Of a stretch of DNA of 55,819 bases, positions 40,363-52,300 are shown piece by piece. The stretch comes from Octopus sinensis (lineage: Eukaryota), in NCBI RefSeq assembly GCF_006345805.1, contig NW_021835779.1:1-55819 (forward strand), written 5' to 3'. The notes beneath the pieces were generated by a model. That model did not search any database. It was not told where the DNA came from and saw nothing but the letters and a program-made list of their open reading frames with translations. Position 1 is the stretch's first letter, and each line of letters opens with the position of its first letter. The position numbers were made by a program, and so were the translations under genes.

Positions 40363-40445
40363 AAGGAACTTATGTCAGCATCAAGAGGAACAAAAACTCT
40401 TAGATGGCTTGCCCACGTTCATCTTGATGCTGACATAAGTTCCTT

Positions 40446-40530
40446 GTTTTCCTGATGAGAAGGCGGCATAATGCACCCCTTATTCCTTCGAAATTAGGAA
40501 TATGCAGCCTTCGAAACCACTATCGAGAAT
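40446..40530 (+). ncRNA. Mirror-image hammerhead motif with degenerate stem III
   Basis: Same core and stem II as 40278-40362, but GAAACCACUAUC breaks the 15.2-16.2 pair. Confidence 0.5.
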
Positions 40531-40741
40531 AAAGAATTTGTTAAATCGTCGTTCAACTCCATTCTTTCATTATTTGTATTAAAAAAACACAATTTCCACA
40601 CGAAAGCACGTGATCTCTGCCCTTGGCATGTAGCTTCACCGTGTTTTTCTGATGAATTCGCTACCCAGGTATCGGTACCGAATTATCCATACTAAATAAT
40701 TCATTCGACTACTTATATATATATATATATATACATGAATA

Positions 40742-41034
40742 TAATAATAAAGGGTAAAATCGGTATGTTAAAAGAACCATTATCGGTAAACTTATACAAA
40801 AAAATTCTATAATTATGAGTATAATTGTAATTAGGGTTCAGCAAAATTTTGCTTCACCACATACCAAGATTTAGAAATAGCAGTTAAAACTAACTATTTC
40901 ACTACCATAAGAAAATCTCCCAGACAACAATACTCAACAACCCACGTAGGTAAAGAGGAAAATATAACGAATCTACCCGGTTTTGGTTAACTGGGGTACA
41001 TTAACCGGGTATATTCGTTATATTTTCCTCTTTA
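40742..41034 (+). repeat. Dispersed repeat (related to 48284-48620) ending in a 32-bp-arm hairpin
   Basis: ATAATTAGGGTTCAGCAAA..TTTGCTT.ACCACATACC shared with the 48.3-48.6 kb copy; arms 40951-40982 and 41003-41034 with 1 mismatch. Confidence 0.75.
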
Positions 41035-41274
41035 TATATATGAGGGGTAGGTGTTTGTATATATATATATATGAGTATATATTCATATATATATATATAT
41101 ATATCCACATATATACGTATAAATATAATATATATATTATATATATATATATATATATGCTGCCTGTCTCTTTTCTCATTCTGTTCACATTTACTTTTGA
41201 TGTCCTCTACCCATGTATGCATGTATATATACATATATATGTAGGCATGTACATGTATGTGCGTATAGAAATGC

Positions 41275-41307
<33 letters not shown>

Positions 41308-41674
41308 ATATATTATTTATATTATTATATGCACAGACAGTCGTGTGTGTCAGCTTGTCTATATGTATATGTAAATGCATATACACAGAGTAGGGAAGAC
41401 AATGAGAAGGAGAGAGACAGAGTAGATGTGTGAAAATATGTTGAACGTCTGAAAACGATATCGGCTGTTTTGTAGCCGAGTTTTAGCAAATACGAAGCAA
41501 AAAAAAGAACAAAAACACAAAACGAAGACGCCGAAAGATAGAGTAACATGCATATTGATACAGAGAGGGTGTTGGGAGGACGAGGGGGTGATTTAAGGTG
41601 ACATGGTGGAAACTAAAACAAACATGGAGGCATTTGTTTTGGTTACTGTTGAGCTAGCATTACTAAAGCCTAAA

Positions 41675-41707
<33 letters not shown>

Positions 41708-41744
41708 CTCTTTCCTTCTTTCTCTCTCTCTCTCTCTCACTCAC

Positions 41745-41797
<53 letters not shown>

Positions 41798-42029
41798 GTG
41801 GGATATGTATTAGTTTATAGAGTACGTTCGCGAAATCAAGGCGCATATTTGCGCGCGGACGAGCGTATGTGTGTGTGAGTGTTCACGTTCGTATGTGTCT
41901 TTTTGAGGGTAATTTTGGGCATGCGTGTCTGCGTGCTTATTCATACGTGTGTATACATACATACGCATATATAAGCATATTGATGGATTCGTAGATGCAT
42001 ATATATGTTTGTGTGTGTGTGTGTATGTG

Positions 42030-42057
<28 letters not shown>

Positions 42058-42063
<6 letters not shown>

Positions 42064-42255
42064 GCTGTATGGTAAGAAGTTTGCTTCCCAACCACATGGT
42101 ACTGGGTTCAATCTCCCTGCGTGGCTCCTTGGGCAAGTGTCTTTACCATTGTCTCGGACCGACCAAAGCCATGTGATTGGATTTGGCAAGCAGAAATTCT
42201 TAATGGCGGTGCCCTAGCATGGCCACAGCTCGTGAGCTGAAACTAAATAAGAGAA
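42058..42255 (+). mobile_element. OR2-like SINE, internally deleted
   Basis: GTGGCTGTATGGTAAGAAGTTTGCTTCCCAACCACATGG...GGCAAGTGTC...GGCGGTGCCCTAGCATGGCC. Confidence 0.8.
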
Positions 42256-42363
42256 AATAAAAAAATTAAATATATATATATATATGTATATATTCATTCA
42301 TATGTGTGTATATATATATATATATATTATATGCATAAGTATAAACGTATATGTGTAGTTGTA

Positions 42364-42412
<49 letters not shown>

Positions 42413-42919
42413 TGTGTGTGTGTGTGAGTATGTGCTTATATGTATGTATTCCTTTAATATGTTGAAGTTGCCGTGTCAGCGCAGTCAAACGACTCGATGT
42501 GTATATGGAACTTTATGTATACTCGTATAAAACACTTCGATTGTATGTGCTTGTGCAAGGGAGTCGTCATCTGTTGGCTGTTCATATAGATATGGTCTTG
42601 AAGCTGTGTGTTTGTGTGTGTGTGTATGAGGTATTTGAGCGACTTCACACCTCTTACACGCAGTGTTTTCTTTATTTCAGAAATACTATACAAACTGTGT
42701 ATTTACATTTCATGTCGCAGCTCAACAGAGGAATAGACATCTAACAAGTACAAAGTTTAGACCAGTGCTTCGACTGTGAAGCATTGGTGTAACCACGATC
42801 TTCTGGTGATCTAAAAAGCTAGTCATCTATATCTGCATTCGTTTGTGAAAATGTAGAGCCGCATTGTATAATGCGTCACATGAATTTTGGTGCAGACATA
42901 TAATATATATATATATAAA

Positions 42920-43125
42920 GTTAATCCAAACAAGAAAACAAAAAGACAACAACGCGAGGATGTGGAACAAATAAAGTATTATTGGACGCTCAGGAAAGAA
43001 GGGAAGAAGGAGGGTATGACGTTTCGAGCGGAGCTCTTCGTCGGAAACATAGGAGAAAGAAAGATCCCGAGACGGGAGGACAGAGGAAAAAAAATTGCAG
43101 GTAGTCTTCACGAAGTCACATACTA
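42920..43125 (-). mobile_element. PLE-type dispersed fragment with an inactivated HHR (CCGACGA core)
   Basis: Shares ACGTTTCGAGCGGAGCTCTTCGTC(A/G)GAAACATAGGA with 36399-36435; its other end recurs inverted at about 29935-30012. Confidence 0.65.
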
Positions 43126-43337
43126 AAAAGACGGAAGTGATAAAAAAGGAGGAAAATGTTTTTAAAAACAGGAGAGCTGAATCAAAGAAGGAATGGTAAA
43201 AAAGGTGTGCGAGATGAAAGGGTGTGTGTGAGAGTGTGTGCGTGTGTATGTATGGTGTGTATGTGGACAATGCTAGTAGCAAGCAGTGTATAGAATTAAA
43301 GGAGTGGTTGTGGGGGTACCCTAGCAAGTTTATATAT

Positions 43338-43379
<42 letters not shown>

Positions 43380-43508
43380 GGGTATCTAAAAGATACTAAC
43401 ATGCTATAGATAGCAGTCATAAATTGACTCTAAAACCACATCATGTATTCATACAGCACCAGGAGAAAAGACAAATAGAAAAATAAACTAGCAAAGAGTT
43501 ATTGGATA

Positions 43509-43567
43509 ATCCCAGATCCGGATTTCTGACTCTGTATAAAAAATATACTCTGCCTCATCAGTGGTAT
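43509..43567 (-). ncRNA. Degenerate type I hammerhead motif
   Basis: auacca-CUGAUGA-(imperfect stem II)-GAAAUCCGGAU-C-ugggau; stem III AUCCGGAU is a perfect palindrome. Confidence 0.5.
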
Positions 43568-44048
43568 ATACACGACCGGTTTAATTGCCCTCTAAACTCC
43601 ACGTGCTATATGGTCGAAATATCGCCGCAATGAATAATATAATATATTATATATATATATATATATAATGTGTGTGTGTGTGTGTTGTGTTTGTGTGTGT
43701 GTGTGTTGTGTGTGTGTATATATATAATTGAAATTTACAGTACAACAAAGACGAAGACAAGATGTGTAAACAGCAATCAGATGTTTTAGTTTGCGCTCGG
43801 AAAGATGAGAAAGTCTTTTATGTTTCGAGCCTATGCTCTTCAATTGAAACGAACACGAGGAAATAAACAGAGAGAGAATAAAAAAAACTTGTGAAGCGAG
43901 AGTTTCGTGCGTTGCATTCTGGTAAATGTAAATAAAAATATACATATACTACCATTTTGAACTCTATTTTCTGTTGGCCTCAACACACATACATCATACA
44001 TATATATATCTATATATATATATATGCATATATATATGTTATATATGT

Positions 44049-44082
<34 letters not shown>

Positions 44083-44189
44083 CATATAACGCAAAGGCAT
44101 TACGTGTTTTCCTTCGAATTTTTGTGGAAGACTTTACAGAATATAATTCTAACACACTGTGAAAAAAGAGCCGAATGAAAATACAGGTA

Positions 44190-44228
<39 letters not shown>

Positions 44229-44266
44229 TTATAGCTCCTCCTCTCTCTTACTCTGTATATATATAT

Positions 44267-44672
44267 ATCGTGACGTATATTGCCATTTCAATATGGCTAA
44301 CCCCTAAGGGTGGATGCTACTGTAGTTTTTAGCCCCAGGAGGACACACTCCTCCAGCTGGCCATAGACACACTATCTGTGTCCTGTCAGTATTTGCAAAG
44401 GGAAGTCATCCTTCCCGTCTTCAACTTATGATACACACGGACTCGATTTTCGAGGTATTGACCTCTCGTCAGCGTGTGACAATCATAGTTGTCGCCGAGA
44501 ATTAGTTTCCTTTCACCAATACTTATACTTTTTCCAGCGCCCACTGTCGCTTGATATTGAAAAAGTGAAATCAAACAATGATAAATATCAAAGTGAGTTA
44601 TATACAGTAGCGGTAACACATCGTGACGTATATTGCCATTTCAATATGGCTAACCCCTAAGGGTGGATGCTA
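44267..44672 (-). mobile_element. Retrozyme-like element: 353-nt unit plus 53-nt terminal direct repeat, in a (TA)n site
   Basis: ATCGTGACGTATATTGCCATTTCAATATGGCTAACCCCTAAGGGTGGATGCTA is identical at 44267-44319 and 44620-44672; internal HHR; TA runs on both sides. Confidence 0.75.
44422..44491 (-). ncRNA. Extended type I hammerhead ribozyme motif
   Basis: caac-uaugau-[ugu]-cacacg-CUGACGA-GAGGU(CAAU)ACCUC-GAAA-AUCGAGU-C-cgugug-[u]-aucaua-a-guug; one substitution from the palindromic stem III ACUCGAGU. Confidence 0.8.
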
Positions 44673-44712
44673 TATATATATATATCTGTATATATGTATA
44701 TATGTATATATA

Positions 44713-44747
<35 letters not shown>

Positions 44748-44998
44748 ACATGTATATAACCAATATAATGATGATATGAATACAACTTATTATATATGCA
44801 CGAATATATATAAGAAATATGTATATGTTACGTAAATTATATGTATATGTTATATACATCACACATACATTTGTAAACAAGCATATATTTCTAAACATTT
44901 ACTCTGAGACAGTGACGAACAAGAGAAGATATCTGACTGGTAAAGCAAATTCGTAATTAGATAGAATATACGTGGTGAGGGTGAGTATGGATATGGTT

Positions 44999-45297
<299 letters not shown>

Positions 45298-46180
45298 TGA
45301 TTTTTTAGCAGACGAAACAAAAAGCCAACGGTTCATACGTGGAGGAGGAAAAAAATTTAACATGAAACTTGTCAACATTAAATATATACAGATCTTTAAA
45401 CAAACACGTCTGAAAGAAAGGTTGCCGCCCAAATATCTCCTACATCCCACCAAACATTGGTGTACAACGAACACATAATATACACGCAAGTCATACAGAT
45501 ACATACTCCAAACCTTCATTCATAAATGGCATTACATATATGTATACACATGGAATATATATATATGTATACATTCGCACGCACAGACGCATGGATATAC
45601 ACACACACATACATATATTCTTTTACTTGTTTAAGTCATGCAGTTGCGGTAATACTGGAACACCACCATGCATGATTGTGTGTGTGTCTGCGGAGGGTAT
45701 TACTATATGTATATATGGAGGCTCTTATATGGTGTGTGTATATTTATATATATATTATGTATATATTATATGTGTGTATATATATATATACATACATTAT
45801 ACATATATATATAGATATTATATATATATATATACATATATATATACATATATACATACATATATATAATATATATATATATATACATATAATATATACA
45901 TATATATACATACATATATATATATATATATATTATATATATTTATATGTATATACATATATACGTACATATATATATGTGTATATATAATTATATATAA
46001 GTTGACAAAAAGAATTAAGTGAGCAACATGTTTTATTACATAATGTTACAATTGTTTCATCGATTGTTTACTAGAAAAAAAATTGCTGCAATACAATGAT
46101 ATAATATACGAAGTAATGCACGGTATTAGTGTTATTTCAGCTTCAATGTGAAGTGTCAACGCATTGTGTATATTGTCAGT

Positions 46181-46237
46181 GCTTGTATATATTGGTTTGC
46201 TTGTATATATTGGTTTGCTTGTATATATTGGTTTGCT
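46181..46237. repeat. 18-bp tandem repeat x3
   Basis: GCTTGTATATATTGGTTT at 46181, 46199 and 46217. Confidence 0.95.
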
Positions 46238-46300
46238 GAAATAATCCTTATTCCACGCAATATATACCACTTGTATCATTTATAATTATTTGATTGACGT

Positions 46301-46722
46301 AGTCGCAGGCGTGGCTGTGTAGTATGAAGCTTGCTTCCCAAGGCGGTGAGCTGGCAGAAACGTTAGTGCGCCGGGCGAAATGGTTAGCGGTATTTCGTCT
46401 GCCGTTACGTTCTGAGTTCAAATTCCGCCGAGGTCGACTTTGCCTTTCATTCTTCAGGGTTCCATAATTTAAATACCAGTTACGCACTGGGGGCGATGTA
46501 ATCGACTTAAGCCCTTTGTCTGTCCTTCTTTGTCTCCTCTATGTTTAGCCCCTTGTGGGCAATAAAGAAATAAGTAGCTTGCTTCCCAACTTCATGGTTC
46601 AAGATTCAGTCCCACTGCGTGGTACCTTGGGCAAGTGTCTTCTATTATAGCCTCGGGCTGACCAAAGCCTTGTGAGTGGATTTGGTAGACAGAAACTGAA
46701 AGAAGCTCGTCGTATATATGTG

Positions 46723-46761
<39 letters not shown>

Positions 46762-46990
46762 GTATGTATTTGTTTGTGTGTCTGTGTTTGTCCCACGCGC
46801 CAACATCGCTTGACAACCGATGGTGGTGTGTTTACTTCCTCGTAACTTAGCGGTTCGGCAAAAGAGCCATATAGAATAAGTACTAGGCTTACAGAGAATA
46901 AGTCCTGGGGTCGATTTGTTCGACAGAAGGCGGTGCTCCAGCATGGCCACAGAACACATGACTGAAACAAGTAAAGGAGTGAAAGAGTAA
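46301..46990 (+). mobile_element. OR2-like SINE interrupted by a full Nin/Deu-type SINE (46341-46575)
   Basis: TSD AGCTTGCTTCCCA at 46328-46340 and 46576-46588. Confidence 0.9.
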
Positions 46991-47199
46991 ATGACATATA
47001 TGTTATGAGAGGAACTGTTGTTAGAGAGAAGGTATATAAAAAGTGAATAAATAAATGCAAAAGGGAAAACTATTAAGAGAAAAACTTTAAAGAGAAATAT
47101 GGTGTGGATGCATTGTTAAATCAGTATGCTATCGTAACACCCAGGGATATGTCCAGACGTTATCTGAATTTCTCGATGAGATATAGACTACTCAGAACA

Positions 47200-47555
47200 G
47201 GAGGCGCAATGGCCCAGTGGTTAGGGCAGCGGACTCGCGGTCATAGGATCGCGGTTTCAATTCCCAGATCGGGCGTTGTGAGTGTTTATTGAGCGAAAAC
47301 ACATAAAAGTTCCACGAGGCTCCGGCAGTACTCTTTCACCACAACTTTCTCTCACTCTTACTTCCTGTTTCTGTTGTACCTGTATTTCAAAGGGCCGGCC
47401 TGTCACTCTCTGTGTCACGCTGAATATCCCCGAGAAATACGTTTAGGGTTCACGTGTCTGTGGAGTGCTCAGCCACTTACACGTTAATTTCACGAGCAGG
47501 CTGTTCCGTTGATTCTGATCAACCGGAACCCTCATCGTCGTAACCGACGGAGTGC
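47200..47555 (+). mobile_element. tRNA-derived SINE (head A, tail T1)
   Basis: GGAGGCGCAATGGCCCAGTGGTTAGGGCAGCGGACTCGCGG...GTAACCGACGGAGTGC. Confidence 0.88.
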
Positions 47556-47590
47556 TTCCACCACTCAGAACAACAAAGATACATACATAC

Positions 47591-47661
<71 letters not shown>

Positions 47662-48126
47662 TACACACATATGTGTAATGAAATCAGTGAACTCAAAGTG
47701 ATAGGAAACATAGGAGAGACTAGTTTTAAAAATTTTGTAATAGCTTGAAGTATAAAAAATTAATAATCGTGACGGTTCTGGGGTTAGTCATTCACCATAA
47801 GAAATTAGAAAAAGTACAGGAGAACGGAAGAAGAAAGTGATTGCTGGAAAAGAAAGGGTGATGGGTTAATAGTCAGGTGGGAACGCGATTCTATGAAAGG
47901 AATTAGAATATATATTCAATACCAAAGTGGATAACTTATAAAACTTATAAACTTTAAGACAATGTGAAATCTTTTTGGGAAGCAGATCTCGAAGCAAATA
48001 AAATAAAGCTATAAACAACGTGCAAATATTTGTTTAATAATCCCCAGTGTAAAAAAAAGTCGGATACTATATATTCATATACATATATATACTCAAATAT
48101 TTACCTCTATATCACCATCTCACACC

Positions 48127-48174
48127 GTCTCTGATGAAGGGATATCCATAATATCCCAGAAACAGATGTAAGAT
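48127..48174 (+). ncRNA. Slightly degenerate type I hammerhead motif
   Basis: gucu-CUGAUGA-A-GGGAUAU(ccaua)AUAUCCC-A-GAAACAGAUGU-A-agau; stem III is one change from the palindrome ACAGCUGU. Confidence 0.6.
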
Positions 48175-48283
48175 ATCCATATCTTTTCCTTATAAATGTC
48201 CTGAAAACTCCTCACAGCCTTGGCTTTGTTTTCTCATTTTGTCTAATATATATATATATATATATACAATATTTAATAAATTA

Positions 48284-48620
48284 TATAATTATAATTAGGG
48301 TTCAACAAAGATTTGCTTTACCACATACCGAAGTTTAGAAATAGCAGCCAAAGAAACAAAAATACTTCGAGTGTTTTTCTTTTGTTCGGGAGTCTCTTCT
48401 TATAGTAGAAGAAATAGCTAAGATTCTTTGGCTACTATTTCGAAACTTCGGTATGTGGTAAAGCAAATCTTTGCTGAACCCTAATTATAATTATATTCGT
48501 AATTATAAAATATTGTTTAAGTTTACCGAAAAATGGTCCTTTTTCATGCCGTATTCTACTTGGTGGAATTATTAATTACAAGTTAATTAATTAAGTTTAC
48601 CCTTTATTATTATTGATTAT
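48284..48620 (-). repeat. Dispersed repeat with a ~72-bp inverted duplication (fold-back 48284-48495)
   Basis: ATAATTATAATTAGGGTTCAACAAAGATTTGCTTTACCACATACCGAAG.. is mirrored at about 48424-48495 with 3 mismatches; homologous to 40742-40940. Confidence 0.8.
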
Positions 48621-50621
48621 ATATATATATAAATATGTATGAATAAAAAAATTCCTTGAAAAGAGAAATTAAAAAATGATATACCTAACAAATTGCTCTT
48701 TATTTAGATGGTAGTAGCGGGATATATTCCAATATAAATATTATAATTTAGTTAATCGATGAACATTTTAGAGTAGAAACTACATGTTAGTCGATTTAAG
48801 GATGTGACTAGTGTGAGTGGATTATATTTATCTCCTGACTTCAATAGGAGCGAAACATATTCAGAGTTATCTCCACAATCATGTTGGTTCATATGCAAAA
48901 TACGCCTTCTCTACATGTCTTCACTTAAGTTTAAATTTTTATTCAGGTTTAAATTTGAGGTGTTTTCATCCCATGCATAATCTTAGACTAGTCCTCAAAA
49001 GCACTTTTGTTCTTACCTTTTTTTAGAATTATTTGACTTGCTTAAAAAAATTACCTTCTCAAAATATTACATATGTTATTCGACAACTCGTTATCTCGTT
49101 ATCTGTTTTTCATGCGGATGCTATCCGGTTGAGATATTCACAATCATCATTTTATATTTGCCTTCTCACTGAATAATTTTAACAGGAAAATCCTTACTTT
49201 TCAATTGTCCTGAAGAGATTTCATGAGAGCAAAATAGGTCTCGAGATGTCAACATTAACTACCAAAGATAACCCTCTCCCACCACCACCACCACCACCAC
49301 CATTAAATTCTGGTTTATTGAAGCTTCGGGAATTCTCTCCTTTGCCTCTTTGACAAAGAGTAATTTTAATTAACGATAATTATAATGATTCTCGTTATAC
49401 TTAGAACTTCAACTGATTAAAACTTATTTTTTGTTCAGTTGTAATAGCTTAAATTATAAAAAAATAATAATCGTGACGGTTCGGAGGTTAGTCATTTACA
49501 ATAAGAAACTATATTCTTTTCATGCAGAAGGCAATCATCAAAATATGTTCTTAGACAACTCTATACTGATGCATACCTCTACATACCCACAAATATTTGT
49601 GAGCGTATAATCATCTTGCATTAGACCACCCAAAGGTACACATACGCCACACAGAGAAAAACATACACACAAACAGTACACACACACACACAAACAAAAT
49701 CACACACACACACATTGATATAGACTGATGTTTACTTATAAACAAACGCATATACTTGCTCACGTGTACGCACAACAGGGATAAGCATTCACAAACACAC
49801 ACACACATACATATGGATACGAGTATGCAGCCTTACAAACACACTCTTTCACTAAACACAGATACTTTGAAATAAAAAATAGAAATACAGCGATAACATC
49901 AATTTTTTTTTGTTTTTTGTTCTTTTTTTTCCAGAAAAAACAAAGAAACAGCAGAAAAGTGAGGGGTGGAAGAGAGAAATAAAACAAAGAAAAGAAAAGA
50001 CAGAAAGGAAGAAAAGGCCATGTTTTTTTCCGACGGCAAGGGCATCAGCTGTCATTATCGATTAGCTAAACGTAATCCGAACTCTAACCTATAGCCGAGA
50101 CGTAGCGTTCAATATTGTGTTGAAGTAAATAGACGCGCACCTGTAGGCTGTAGTCTGTAGACATGAATGCTTCGTCTGCGTAGGTATGTGTGTGTATGTG
50201 TGTGTGTGCGTGTGTGTGCGTGTGTGTGCGTTGTATATTTGCGGATATATATTTATCTAAACCCCATGTGTATACGTACACACACAATTTCATACACACA
50301 CACATACAAACTCATACACACATACACACACATACAAACTCATACACACACACATACAAACACACAGACACACACATACACATTTGGATATGTTTGTGTA
50401 TAGTTTATTATTATTAGACATTCCATCGCTCCATTTACAACAAATAGTTTCGACATAAATGGCTCTTCGACTACTATTTCAGCTTCACATAGTGTTTCTT
50501 AAGGCAGTATATGTATTATATCATATATTACAACACACACTCACACACACACACACACACACACCACACACACACACACAAACAAACAAACACACACACA
50601 CACATACACACATATACATAC

Positions 50622-50815
50622 TATTTACTCGTTTCAATTATTTGACTGTGATCATGCTGGAGCACCGTCTTTCGTTGAACAAATCGACACCAGGCCTTAT
50701 TCCTTGTAAGCCTATAACTTACTCTACCCGTTTTCTTTTGCCGAACTGCTAAGTTACGAGGAGGTAAGAACACCAGCATCTGTTGTCAAGCGATGATGGT
50801 GGAAAAGCATAGACG
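50622..50815 (-). mobile_element. OR2-like SINE 3' half
   Basis: GTTTCAATTATTTGACTGTGATCATGCTGGAGCACCG...CCGAACTGCTAAGTTACG. Confidence 0.8.
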
Positions 50816-51000
50816 CACATATAAATATGTGCGCCCAAATAAATACACACCCTCAAATGCAGATATATTAGTATGTATTCAATTATTTGCAGTTGCAGCT
50901 CTTCTACAATGAAACATTTTCACCAACGAAGCTTTTGTTTTCCAAATTGGATTTGCAGCATAGACACACGTCCCCGTTCTTATCTAATAATAGATACTTA

Positions 51001-51521
51001 CCGTAATCCTTGAGTATAATCCATATTTTGTTCCCCAAATTTAAAGGTCATAATCCCTAGTGAGTACTATATATGAGCTTAAAAATGAAAATTATTTTCT
51101 AAGCAATGTCCGAGTCTCTATTTGTTGTCTGGCTATGTGTATTCAGACGCATTTTGTGATGTCGGGTACGAAAATACCTTAAGCTAAGCCTGAAAGCAAT
51201 GAAGTCATAAAAGAATCATCCATAACTTGCTGTAAGCAACATTTATTAAACGTTATTACTGTTATTTCTTTATTTTCTGCAAACAAAATGCACAAAAAAG
51301 CTACACGTTTGCATTATGTTATATATACAATAATAATAAATGACGTTACCGTATACATTTTTACAAACCAAGGACGTATACATTTTTACAAACCAACTCC
51401 TTGACTCAAGTTAGAGAAGGGGTGAGTATTATACACAAGGATTAGTTTTTTCAGAGATACAGCCCCCTAAAAATCCCCTGCGTATTATACTCAAGGGCGG
51501 ACTATACTCGAGGATTTACGG
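51001..51521. mobile_element. Tc1/pogo-superfamily MITE (CCGTA-ended, Tc2-like)
   Basis: TA|CCGTAATCCTTGAGTATAATCC ... GGACTATACTCGAGGATTTACGG|TA: about 22-bp TIRs, TA TSD, non-coding interior. Confidence 0.85.
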
Positions 51522-51786
51522 TATGTATTTCACTGCTTTTCTAACTTAAAAGTTTAAGTTGAAAAGTGTTTTCGTCATACAGACTTGATTCGTGTTAAGT
51601 TTGTTTCTCTTGAATCACGTTCATTTGAAATATGCTAAATCGTCCATAAAATCCACGCTCACAGAAAAGCAGAAAAAAATTTAACTATGTAATCATACTT
51701 GTGAGTGTGTATGTACAGAGAGGGAGAGGGGGAAGAAAGAGAGAGAGAGAGGATGAAGAGAGAGAGGGGGAAGAGGGATGAGGTGC

Positions 51787-51952
51787 TAGCGCAGGAGTGG
51801 CTGTGTGGTAAGTAGCTTGCTTACCAACCACATGGTTCTGGTTTCAGTTCCGCTGCGAGGCACCTTGGCCAAGTGTCTTCTACTATAGCCTCGGGCCAAC
51901 CAAAGCCTTGTGAGTGGATTTGGTAAGCGGAAACTGAAAGAAGCCCATCGTA

Positions 51953-52004
<52 letters not shown>

Positions 52005-52300
52005 ATACACAAACACACACACATATATATATATATGTGTGTGTATGTGTGTATGTATGTATGTATGTGTGTGTATATGTTTGTGTGTCTGTGTTTGTCC
52101 CCCCAACATCGCTTGACAGCCGATGCTGGTTTGTTTATGTCCCCGTAACTCAGAGGTTCGGCAAAAGTGACCGATAGACTAAGTACTAGGCTTTCAAAGA
52201 AAGAGTCCTGGGGTCGATTTCCTCGACTAAAGGTGGTGCTCCAGCATGGCCGCAGTCAAATGACTGAAACAAGTAAAAGAACAAAAAAAAGAGTAAAAGA
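51787..52300 (+). mobile_element. Full-length OR2-like SINE
   Basis: Complete head, CORE-like segment, internal (TA)/(TG) tract and tail. Confidence 0.9.

Larger units (their letters stand above)
40232..40573. repeat. 342-bp near-perfect palindrome (arms 40232-40391 and 40417-40573)
   Basis: ATAATGAAAGAATGGAGTTGAACG...TCAAGAGGAAC / GTTCATCTTGA...CGTTCAACTCCATTCTTTCATTAT with a 25-nt loop. Confidence 0.95.

Noticed and set aside
40640-40690. CTGATGA-ATTCG...CGAAT
   Set aside because: The hairpin is present but is not followed by GAAA and stem III.
44386-44619. 77-aa ORF inside the 353-nt unit
   Set aside because: It has no recognisable motif and overlaps the structured ribozyme; chance ORF.
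48700-49030. Possible decayed PLE GIY-YIG C-terminus on the minus strand
   Set aside because: Resemblance is too faint across several frameshifts to support by eye.
50141-50175. Minus-strand 35-nt micro-exon candidate (DEAFMSTDYSLQ|GTGCGC)
   Set aside because: The acceptor tract is just CA repeat, and the segment is too short to distinguish from chance.
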